Below are positions 24,401 to 34,606 of a DNA stretch of 64,000 bases, one piece after another. Each line of letters opens with the position of its first letter. Within the stretch, counting starts at the first letter, position 1. A program made the translations under genes and the position numbers. The notes under the pieces were generated by a model. The model made no database searches. It had not been told where the DNA came from and worked only from the letters and a program-made list of their open reading frames with translations. Source of the DNA: Klebsormidium nitens (lineage: Eukaryota; Plantae; Klebsormidiophyceae). The DNA is taken from NCBI GenBank assembly GCA_000708835.1, contig DF237386.1, forward strand, positions 1-64,000. The letters run 5' to 3'.

Positions 24401-27400
24401 TAAAGGAACACGTCTCCGCGGGCAGTAACCTTGAAGGGACAGTGACGTGATCGATGACGTGACCGGAAGTTTTGGGGAACCGAATTAGTCGACGGTATAC
24501 GAAGAAGTGCATCCCTGAAGGGAAAGGAGGATCCCTGGGAAAATGAAAGGCACCTTGGGAACTCAAAACAAGAACGTGTCTTGAACGCAACAGCTGAAAG
24601 CAGCAGGAATGGTTTTGCAGGAAGGGGTAATGAACGACAGTGACCTCAGCAAGTACGTCATCAGCCTGTACTGGGCCTTCTCCACGCTGTGCACGGTGGG
24701 CTACGGGGACGTCGTGCCCAACACGACGCTCGAGCGGATCTTCACGATCTTCGCCATGCTAGTTGGGGCGACCGTCTTTGCGTACTTCATGGGTGAGTTG
24801 GACACGTTTGATTGATCCTGCGAGCTCGCAATCTGAGGCTCTCCCTTCATTACACAGAAAGCTTTTACCATCTTTTCTACACTAGTTGCGTCCACTCTAA
24901 TCAGGCAAATTACATCCGCTTTTGCCCGCGTCTGGTAAGCCCCTCATTTTTGGAAGTTTGTGTTCAGATGGACAGAAGCGGTTGCTATTGTTTTGGGTTT
25001 AACGAGGGCAAACGTAGTTGGATCTTTGGACTGAGGAGTCATAATCCTTAGAAAATGTTTTTCTCTCCCGCCCAAAACCCGGAGCGATTTTACAGGAGGT
25101 CCCGTCACCTTTTTCCGTTTCATCGGCCTTTTCTTTGCTGGGGTCGCTTCTGCCGACAAAAGGACACATAATTCTGCAGCAGCGACGCTAATTCAAAGCG
25201 TCAATTTGGTTCTGCGCCGTACTTTTCTGATGATCTCAACTTCCCCTATGATGTCAAACTTGCCCATGTGTGAAGTCAGCTCTGGGTCGAAGCCGGTGGC
25301 ATACCTGAACGTACGTGGCGGAGAAGGTGTGCCAGGAGCGGAATGGAGGTTTTTGAATTCTTTCGAAACGCTCGCGCATCGAAGATTCTTACTCAAGGTT
25401 CAGACGTCGAGATGGAGTGCTCACGTCATTCTTGTCTTGACTGACGTCAAGTAACCAGTTGTTACAGCGGCGGATGTGGACCGAAAAGCGGCGCGCCAAG
25501 AGCGATAGGTGGAGGGCGTCAACTCGTTACCGCGCTCACCTTCATTCTTTAAAGTTTCGATTTCCAGAGAACAGAGGGTGACGTTATCATCTTTTGCGTG
25601 ACATCAGGTAATATGTCAGTGCTGGTAGCGAACCTGGACCAGGAAGCGGCGCGCCAGGAGCGGCAGACGGAGAGCATCATTCGAGCCATTGCTCGAGCAC
25701 CAAAAGCATTCCTTCTTGAGACCCTACTTTCTGAAAAGGCATGGGCGTCAGCATCTCTTTGCGTGACGTCGGGTAACATGTCGGTGCTGGTGGCGAACCT
25801 GGACCAAGAAGCGGCGCGCCAGGAGCGGCAGATGGAGAGCGTCAACTCATTCTTGCTCTTGTGCTCAAAAAAACTTTCACTCAAAATTTCCGATGCCTAA
25901 GGAAGTGGAGGCTGACGTCGTTGTTCTTTCACGTGACGTCAGGTAACATGTCGGTGCTGGTAGCGAACTTGGACCAGGAAGCGGCGCGCCAGGAGCGACA
26001 GATGGAGAGCGTCAACTCGTTCCTGCGCTCGCGCCACATCCCGAAAGACCTCCAAACGCGCGTGCGGGACTACTACCGCTACCTGTGGCGGCACCAGGTG
26101 AGAAAAATGAGGACTTCAGCTTTTTCCGTTCGCTTAAGGGTAAGGTTAAAGGGTTTGAGCCTTCTGGGGTTGGAATCTCCGATCAAGGGGTTTGACAATC
26201 TGCAAAGTCTGGATTGTGCGCTGGCTGCAAGGACTCCCTCGTTGCAACACGGTGTAGGTCCTTGGCTTGAATTTGCTGCCGGAAAAACTATCAGATTGAG
26301 CCGCCCAAGTGCTGCGGTTGCATAGGCTTCCGCGCAAATTACAGCGTATGGTCCAGTCAGGCGCCTAGGTTTGAGGACGACATTGAATACTCTCGAGTTG
26401 ACGTCTTTTCGGTCGTCCTTCTTCAGACGATTCGGGAAGAACAACCCATGTCTTTTGTTGCCAATCGCATGGGCGTCCAGGGATAGAAGCGAAAAATGTG
26501 ATTGACCCAGAAAAGACCGAATTTCTTCTCCTGAAGTTCAAAGTTTGTGCTTTGCAGGTGCACAGCGAGGAGAACATGATCATTACTGGTCTGAACGCCA
26601 GCCTTAGAACGGACGTAGTGCTTTACATGTATAGAGACATGTTAGAAAAGGTGGGTCTTTCTCCCTGTTGTGACGTTTTCCCATCTGCCTTCAAACCTTT
26701 TCATTGCCTGCATTATGTTTTCAACACTGCGAGAACGACTTTGTTACCCCTTTTACCCTAAGGTTGGGTATTGAGTACAGAGTGCCATGTAAGGTTGAGA
26801 AGATCTGGAGTAAGAGGGCCGATCGATATATTCTCTGCTCCGATCATTTTCTGTTAACCAACCATCTACCATCCACGTACGTCGAAATTGAATCCTCTTT
26901 CTAGACACCTCAGGTCAAGTGCTCCTGCAGCCGCTTTGAACTCCCGGTCGTCGACTCTAGCTTCTACTGGAAGCATCCCCACTTCAACTTCTTTCGTCTG
27001 CACGCCAACTCCCTTGCGCTTCAACCTTTCGGATAGCCTACAAGCAGCTTCTGTCGGAAAGTGCAGGCTAATCGCACTAAAGCCCCTTTTAACCGTCGTT
27101 TCTTCCACGGAAAGTCCCCCAGTTCATCTCCTTCCTGATCCTAAAGTCTTTGACTGAAGTTCACTTTGTATCTAGGTTACATCTTTGTATAGCTTGATAA
27201 AGATCAATTCACAGCCCACGCTTAAGCCGTCGTAACCCAGGTCCCATTCTTCTGGGAAACCCCCCCAGTTCATCTCCTCCCTAGTCCTCTGCCTGCGCCC
27301 CGAGTAGTTTCGTTTTCCAACTTTTCTCGACCAATTACAGGAGGTTTCCGGATCCAATAGCAAACTTGTTTCAAACTCCGGGAAGCCCAGCCTAACCTGA

Positions 27401-29909
27401 TCCCTAACCTTCCTTTCCAGGTCCCTTTCTTCCACGGGAAGCCCCCCCAGTTCATCTCGTCCCTGGTCCTCTGCCTGCGCCCCGAGTACTTCGGCCCCGG
27501 CGACTTCATCATGCGCGAGCATGACATCGGCAAAGACATGTACTTCATCGTGGAGGGCCACGTGCACGTTCTGAGCGCGCGCGCTGGAACATTTGTCAAG
27601 AAACAGGGGGAGTACTTTGGGGAGATGGCGCTGATCACCGGGATGAGGAGAAGCGCTTCCTGTACCGCGCAGACGTACTGCGAGCTGTACAGCCTGAGCA
27701 AGGAGAACCTAGAACGGGTCCTCCAGGTGGGTGTGAATAAGCCCTTTCAATCCGTGTTGCATGGGCTCTTCGTAAATGGTACAACAACCCTAATGAGAGT
27801 CAATCTGGCTGTGAGTTGGAAAGCCTGAACAAGGAGAACCTGGAGCGGGTTCTGCAGGTGGGTGTGAATAGGCCCATTATCAACCGTGTTGCATGAGCTT
27901 CGTTCGGAATAGATATCACACTCCAAATCTTCAAGAGACGATTCTGGCTGGGAGTTGTACGGAGCAAGGAGAACCTGGAACGGGTCCTGCAGGTGGGTGT
28001 GAATAGGCTCTTTCCATGCGTATCGCTATCACTATCGACATTCTTCGATATCATTCGGTTTGCTTGACGATTTGGAATTCTATTCCGTCCGCGAGCTGTA
28101 AAGCCTGCGCAAGAAGAATCTGGAACGGGTCCTGCAGGTGGGTCTGAATGGGCCCTCTGCTCGAGTATCCATTGCGTTGGAGTTGGACGACTCCTGAGCT
28201 CCGCAGATGGGTATGGTTGGGCTAGTTCAAGAAAGAATCCAAGTATTTTGGGGTCAGAGTCCGCTCGTGCTTTGGTTCTGGTTAATGTTTTTCTTGACGT
28301 TTGACCGCTCAGGTCGGTCGAGCAAGGAGAATCTGAGTCCGACGCCACCGCGCCCTATATTCCTTTTCGATGTGACAAGATTCTTCCCAGCTTGATCAAG
28401 TCAACCTCCCTCCCGCAACGTTGCGCCACGTGACTCGTGACTTGGCGGCGCGGGTCCAAGTTCAGATCCATTCTCTTTTTCGCGCTTCTCATTCGCCGTT
28501 CCTCCGACTTTCCTTCCGCTTTGCTCCTCTCGAGAACTTCATCTCCTCCTCCGCAGGAAGGGCCCACATCTGGATGCGGTTTCCCAAGCGAGGGCCCGGC
28601 GGATCACGGCCCTCCCATGAGCGTCTGTTTTTGACCTGGTTTCTGCTCGAATTGCGTCTTTGCGCCCTTCATTTCTGAATCTTTGCATCCCCCGCCGCCC
28701 AGGTCGGGGCCGGAAGTGCCCGCGGCTTTTCCTTTCAGGTCCTTCGAACCTTACTATTTCCCGCGGTCCCGGAAAGTCAGGAGTGTGCTCCAAATCGTAT
28801 TCCAAAATCGAAGCGCTTGTTTTCACACATACTCCGCTGACCGAGGACTGACCCCGAGATCGCGCTCGACTAACACGAAGCGAGGACCTTGCTCGTATAT
28901 TTGCGTCAGATCGTTATCCTTGCTAAGCCTTTCTCATATTGTCGTTTCGCTCCTCTCTTTCAACTCTATGAAGGCTAAGATGTTCCCGCCCTTCCGCCGG
29001 ATTGTTCGAGAGTCACGCAGATTACCTGAAGAGAAGATGGCCCGCACGCATGCGTCAGCCCGTCGCACTCGTTGAGGTTTTCCGCCCTGCCGTTCTGTTC
29101 AGATCTTCAAAAATTCCGTCGCAACACTCGCTACCGCAGGACTGGCTCAAGATCGCCTTCGACTTTTGTACCCAGGCGCTGCCCCGCATGCGTCACCTCG
29201 TCCCTCTCGCTTCAGCATCCCCCACGCGAGTGTTGTTACACTCCACTCTTCTCACCCCTCCCCGCCGAAAACGCTAACGTCCCCTTCTCCCCCGATCCCC
29301 GCCCAGCAGAACTGCCCCGACAAATGCGCGCAACTTTTGACAGCGGGGGCTTGGCCTCTGTGCGCCAGCTCATTGATCGTCCAAAAATTCTTCCCTTGGA
29401 AATTTGAGTCCCACCCTTTCCCCCCATAAAGCGCAAACGTTTTCCGCCCCCCTGCAGGACTGGCCCGAGATCGCGCGCGACTTCTACAGCGAGTGCTTGG
29501 CCAGTATCCGTCGGCTCTTCTTTCGTCCAAAGTGGTTCTCATTTGAAGATCCGTCCCACCCTTTCCCTCATAAATCTCTAACATTTCCTCCCCCCCTCCG
29601 CAGGACTGGCCCGAGATCGCGCGCGAATTTTACAGCGAGGGCCTAGCCCGCATGCAGGACGCGGGGCTGACGCCCAAATCGAGCACGGCCTTGCAAGCGG
29701 CGGCCGTGGAGGAGCAGCGCGCGCTCACAGGCGCGCGGGGGCGGCGACGGACGGGCGACGCGGCCGCAGCGTTAATAGATGCCGACGAGTCGTCGTTCCG
29801 GGCCGCGCTGGTCGGGAGTCCGTATGGCGCGATCGGGGTGTCCGAGCGGAGCCTTGTGGAAGGAGGAGACGCGCAGACGAGACACCGGGGGAGGCGAGAA
29901 GGGAGATAG
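18425..29909 (+). CDS. Voltage-gated-type K+ channel with cyclic-nucleotide-binding domain (6TM-1P, CNBD superfamily), 11 exons, ~858 aa
   Basis: Exons 18425-18543, 19406-20201, 20830-20937, 21938-22177, 22777-22881, 23688-23864, 24621-24792, 25943-26097, 26558-26650, 27421-27726, 29604-29909, phase-consistent. S4-like LLKIFRLNKLVKLLRVLRLS; pore SLYWAFSTLCTVGYGD; C-linker; CNBD (DFIMREHDIGKDMYFIVEG...YFGEMALITGMRRSASCTAQTYCELYSL). First and last exons are less certain. Confidence 0.9.
21265..21937 (+). repeat. Array of 4 decayed copies of the channel exon-4 acceptor and exon start
   Basis: Variants of (c)cgcag|gtttgtctagtctacatcgtgatcgtggtcccgtacacggtcgcgttcaaca at about 21275, 21433, 21582 and 21771, before the true exon at 21938. 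Confidence 0.9.
22210..22247. repeat. (TTCCGT)n microsatellite just inside the channel intron after exon 4
   Basis: tccgtttccgtttccgtttccgtttccgtttccatttc. Confidence 0.9.
23398..23687 (+). repeat. Two tandem copies of the channel exon-6 acceptor and exon start
   Basis: ctcccag|ttgcgggtgctgcggctgagtt...gaggcgctggagaaccacgtgcc with acceptor AG ending at 23407 and 23546; true acceptor at 23687. Confidence 0.92.
25440..25942 (+). repeat. Three decayed copies of the channel exon-8 acceptor and exon start
   Basis: Variants of gtgacgtcag|gtaacatgtcggtgctggtagcgaacttggaccaggaagcggcgcgccaggagcg at about 25450, 25607 and 25772; true acceptor at 25942. Confidence 0.92.
27090..28150 (+). repeat. Junction copies on both sides of channel exon 10 (2 acceptor-side, 3 donor-side)
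   Basis: Acceptor side: ttcttccacggaaagtcccccagttcatctcc (~27100) and cag|gtcccattcttctgggaaacccccccagttcatctcc (27240). Donor side: caaggagaacctggaacgggtcctgcag|gtgggt ending at 27857, 27992 and 28137, versus the true donor at 27726. Confidence 0.92.
28835..29603 (+). repeat. Array of up to 5 progressively decayed copies of the channel terminal-exon acceptor and exon start
   Basis: Variants of cgcag|gactggcccgagatcgcgcgcga with junctions at 28845, 29020, 29139, 29309 and 29457; true acceptor at 29603. Confidence 0.85.
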
Positions 29910-32607
29910 GGTCCCGGACGTTTGCTTCATGGTGCCGCCGCGAACGCCGTCAGGCGCCGGGCGTCGTTACCTGTTAAAACTCACGTCTAACACTCGGCGA
30001 CTTAGACTCGTGATGTAGGTTAAGGCTAGGCGAGTTGTAGACGTACGTTGCGGGTGCTTGATCGTCACCACAGAAGTGCTGCGCCTGTTCTCAGGTGGAT
30101 CGTTGACACTTGAAGAGAAGTGAATGTCCGTATTTCAGGACTAAATAATCCTTAGTACTAACTTGCTGATTGTGACGTAGAGCTGACGGATACAAACTTC
30201 GAACCAAACTTTGAACCAGTTGCATAATTGCATTCCAGCATTAAAGTCCGTCCCCTAAATGACACACCTTCAGCGCAGGGCAAGAGGTTTCGAGACACAG
30301 CCTGGCCACATTGACACCGTCTCTTGGTCACATGACTCGACCCGAGTGCCAACGACATCGCTTAGTCATTGTCGTTAATGAAGGCAACCAGCATCCGATC
30401 TATGCAATGTACTAGAAGATCGATTCTTACCAACGTCCGCCGACTATGATCCAGCTGCTAGCTATTGCAAATAGTGGTATACTGTAACTGCATGCTACTT
30501 GAGGGTACTTGCTTATCGCTTCAAAACGTTCCTTGCTGACCTCGGGCTCTCGGGCATAAGCTTTTGATCGGAGGTGGCCGCCATCAAATGAATGATGATG
30601 CATATAACGTACAAAGGATGCTAAGTTGATCGACGTTTCTTGCATGAGGACAATACGGTCAGTTGAGAGCCATGTTGACTTGAACCTAGACATCTTTTAG
30701 ATCGCAACCGGCCGAGCTGAAGTTGGACATGTGATCATACGATCAATCTAAGCTGCAAATTGAAGATTGCTGAGTTCGTCTAGAGAACCGTCCATTAAGA
30801 GTACATTAAAAAATAGTGGGCCGGGGTTCGACGCCATGCCTAACTCACATGCATGCGATGCGTAATGAGTTAGTATCGTTGGAACTCAGCGCATACACTG
30901 ATAGTTAGCCGCGGAATAAAATCCGCTGAGTTGAGGCCTGGGCGGCCGCGCAACCCCGTCCCATGCAATCATTCAGTTCCGATCGACTATACATCAATCG
31001 ATTGCAATCACTGGCATGATCGATTAAGATCGACCAGACTTACACACAGAAGCGCCGGCCAAAGTTCGATATCATGTATGTTTTGCAATAACTAAGCTAT
31101 ATGCGTTAGTACATGCCATGCATGTATCATACAATATATAACAGATTGGATAGGACGTCGAAGCTCCGGACCACATGCACTCAGTGAGCGGACCGGACTC
31201 GGGGTTGGATACTTTAGGCACGCGAAGATGCAGATCGTCCGCGGTCATCAGATCTTGATCGCAAAATGAACTTATGATATCATGCATGAGCCGGCCACTA
31301 CACCATCAATTACGCATCATTGGTGGACTCGATGGACGGTCCGATCGTGTGGGGCTTTGTTGCCACCGCGGAATCATCGGATCATCCGATCCGATCAAAA
31401 CTCTTTAGCTCGTTTGGATGGTCCGATCAATGATAGCTTTGATGAGTCATGCACTCAAATGCATGCCGAATATAACCGAGTCGAGATTACATAAATACGA
31501 GCTACCCAGCTAGCTAGCTTGGTATTTTATTAGTATGTTAGACACGAAATCTGTTATTTCTGGTACAGTGACGATCATATAACACTTAAGTTAACAATGA
31601 AGACATAATTCTATCACCGTTCAATCAAGCGGCGACCATACGGTCCATACCCAACTCAAGATGCTGAAGGAAAACGGGGACCTGGACCCTTTGAATGGCG
31701 ACCCAAACCGGAAACTCTGGCCCGTTCCGAGTCATCAATCCTTAGAATCATATGTTGCGAGCCCTAGCTGAGGTTCCAATGCATCACCTTGAGCACGACA
31801 AACTTGAAAGGCCGCCGCTGCAACACAAGGAGCCGAAATGGTATATTGATCAACGGTGCCTTTCCACGTCGGAAGCAAATGAAACCGTTTCGTTAGTAAG
31901 CAATTTCCGCTCCAAGCAATGCAGATATCTGGGGGAGAGGGCACGCCACTAGAATTCGGACTATCTTCGGACACGGACCCTACTACAATTGTTTCATCCC
32001 ATGCACCCGATGCTCGCTCGTATTTGCCAAGCAACTATTCGAGAGGTTCCAATGAGGCTGGCTGACATGGTCAATCCCGAAACCGATTGCTGTCGAACAG
32101 CTTGTGGAACTCCAACACGTTTGGTTCCACTGCAACCACAAAGGGGAAAAAGGTGGTCAACGATCAACTCTATTCTTGCGGGAGTTCAATCAACTCTGGC
32201 ATGACTACTTGACTTGACATTCACATGGGGCTGCCCGAAACTCATCTTGTCTCTTTCCAAGGATGTGTTCATAGGTTCTATGGGCACTGAATGCTATTTT
32301 TGAGGCTCGCTGGCTTTGCTACGGACGCTCTATCCAATATTACGCTTGCAAACTAGGCAAACGAGTACAGTCATGGATGCTCCTTCGAGAATCAAATCGG
32401 ACAAGTAGACAAGTAGACTTATGATCCGATCTAAAAAGGGTAAGCACCGATGCGTGCTGACGCAATCGGTTTTCAATTAGAAATTACTCTTTTCACTAGT
32501 ACCTCTCGGATCAGCCGTGTTTTTTCAGGGGTAGCCCTAAGTACTGAGAGCAGATTGGGGAGCAGAACTTACAAGTCCTCTTTGTTATAATCTGCTTTCT
32601 TGCAATG

Positions 32608-34161
32608 TCAACTTTCCTCGAATCGAAGTCCACTTCCAAGTCGCGATTTCCCCTTGACAACAGGGAGGCCACTCGCAAGGAAGCCAAATCTGTAACTCCA
32701 GGAGTGACTAGGATGCCAACCATAAGGGATGCCAGAATGAGTCAAACCGATGCACATGGTATATGCAAGCAAAAGACTGACCCGATACACAATCTCACCT
32801 GGGAATTGCGGGGTCACGATCTGGAGCAGCGGGTACTTTGTGGGCGCCGCCATCAGCCACACCACCATGTCCCTTTGCACAAACTCCCCTAGATGCAACT
32901 CGAGCCTCTTCAAGAGCGGCGCATTGCTCACGAGCCAAAGGAAGGTCTTGAAACACCGCCCCGTCAGGGGGTGCGGCAAAGCTAAGCACAAGGTCTCGAG
33001 GCGCGGCATCTGGTGTTGATGCACCCAGCATCCGGGGGTTGCGGTGAAGATCTCAAAGACGGCAACGTCCATTGTCAGCTGCTCCAAGCGCCGCAGCGTT
33101 TTGAAACATTGGCTTATGCAGATCTGCTCGCCAGCGTAGTCCTTGACACCGGAGTAGAGCTCCGAGTGACCATCGATCAGACACCACCGGGGCCAGCGGA
33201 GATCCAGAACTTTCAATCTTGGAAAAGGGTGCACCACCTGGTGTAAAATGGGGGCCCAGACTATGATCTCGTCATCTTCTGGTTCTTCGAAGTAACCAGA
33301 TATGGGACCTATGGATAAGTCCTCTATGGATTTAAAGTCTCTCCTTGATGCAGCTTCAAGAACAACCCCGGGGCAAAGCCGAAGGTTCTTGAGCATCTGC
33401 GGGGTCTCTACCTTGAGAGTTCCATTGAAGTTCTGCAGGATCAGCGTCTCCAGCTCTGGCATGTTAAGAGTCAAGATCTCAAGCGGTTCCCCATCAATCA
33501 AGACAACTTGTTCAATGACAAGTGTCTTCAAGGATGTACCCTCCATGAGCAGTCCCGTGGTATCCACCTCAAGCACGCCAATCTCCAGGTATACCAGGTT
33601 AGGGCAGGCAACTTGGAGAAGCAGATTGAAGGGATATCTAGTCCAAAACGTGCCTACTTTCAAGTGCGACAATGCTCTTAGCGTCTGTAAAAGGGTACCT
33701 CCTGGCCCTGTTAGGATTGCCAAATTTGGGACTTCTAACATTTCAAGTTGAGGCCAGCCTCCTGCCAGCATTTCCAGGTCATGAAGACCAATCTCCCGAC
33801 CTTTTTTCCCCTCAAAATGTAGCTTCTCCACCGAGGGTAGCTCCCTCATCAGTGCGTCGAAGAACGCTTCCAATGTCCCCTCTGATGAAAGGTCGATGTT
33901 CTCTGCGACACTGACCTGCAGCTTTTCAATCTGTTTGGAAAGAGTCCTGAGTTGCTTGCAGACTCCCCGATACTTGAAGACTTGTTCTGCGGTGGCTGGC
34001 AGATGATTCAGGATCTTCAAGAGAATCGCCTCCGGGAGGTCCAGCAGGCAACCGCTGAAACAACCCCTTGAACCAGTGGCAGTGCTTGGCGCCATCGTTA
34101 GCAACAGTGTTTTCTGGAACGGCAATGCTGTACCCTGCTCAATCCCGCTCAATGCTGTCAC
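32608..34161 (-). CDS. F-box / leucine-rich-repeat (RNI-like) protein, single exon, up to 517 aa
   Basis: Uninterrupted 517-aa ORF; F-box-like LLDLPEAILLKILNHLP...FKYRGVCKQLRTL near the N-terminus; followed by LxxLxL-type repeats (LPSVEKLHF, PQLEMLEV, LSHLKV, PNLVYLEI, PELETLIL, PRLKVLDL, PLLKRLEL). Start could be the downstream Met (MAPSTATGS). Confidence 0.85.
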   Translation of the reverse strand: MTALSGIEQGTALPFQKTLLLTMAPSTATGSRGCFSGCLLDLPEAILLKILNHLPATAEQVFKYRGVCKQLRTLSKQIEKLQVSVAENIDLSSEGTLEAFFDALMRELPSVEKLHFEGKKGREIGLHDLEMLAGGWPQLEMLEVPNLAILTGPGGTLLQTLRALSHLKVGTFWTRYPFNLLLQVACPNLVYLEIGVLEVDTTGLLMEGTSLKTLVIEQVVLIDGEPLEILTLNMPELETLILQNFNGTLKVETPQMLKNLRLCPGVVLEAASRRDFKSIEDLSIGPISGYFEEPEDDEIIVWAPILHQVVHPFPRLKVLDLRWPRWCLIDGHSELYSGVKDYAGEQICISQCFKTLRRLEQLTMDVAVFEIFTATPGCWVHQHQMPRLETLCLALPHPLTGRCFKTFLWLVSNAPLLKRLELHLGEFVQRDMVVWLMAAPTKYPLLQIVTPQFPGEIVYRVSLLLAYTMCIGLTHSGIPYGWHPSHSWSYRFGFLASGLPVVKGKSRLGSGLRFEES

Positions 34162-34606
34162 AATCAGTGTCAGCAGGAAGCATTCTCGTGGGCGAAACGC
34201 CAGCTTCGCCCAGAAACTGAGAAAGGAAGAAAGGAAGCGGCAAGTGAGAAAGCCCTAAATCTCGAATTTCCCTAGCTCCGCAAAAAGAAGCCTCCAACTC
34301 CTGAGCAAATAGCGTCGGTGTGACTCGTTCCTGTGACTCTGCATGCATGCTTGCCAGCACGCGCAGTCAAAAGCCAGCCAGCAAAGCAGGAGGAATGAGC
34401 GCAGAGAGGCTTTGATGGGGTGTGGATTTGGATTTTCGGCTTGACAGAGCGTTGCGATCTCAAAGATTGCTGCTGCAGTGCATGTTGCAATGCTGAGGAG
34501 TCAGTCCGGAGGCCATTGATCTAGCAACTTAGATTGTCCTCTAGAGCACGCTTTCGAGTGGGACGGTTTTTGTACATGTGAACCCCTTGTATTGAAGGTG
34601 CTGATC
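34162..34606. promoter_or_regulatory. Short head-to-head intergenic region, likely a shared promoter for the F-box gene and CSB
   Basis: Only about 445 bp separate the two divergent start codons. Confidence 0.45.

Noticed and set aside
21265-29603. Junction arrays as CRISPR-like arrays or a novel TE family
   Set aside because: Each repeat is a copy of its own neighbouring exon junction, differing from array to array; no constant repeat with unique spacers and no cas or transposase genes.
30700-32200. Palindrome-rich (GATC, ATGCAT, TAGCTA) region and broken frames as a gene or transposon
   Set aside because: No coherent ORF, TIR or known motif; cannot be supported beyond 'low-information intergenic DNA'.
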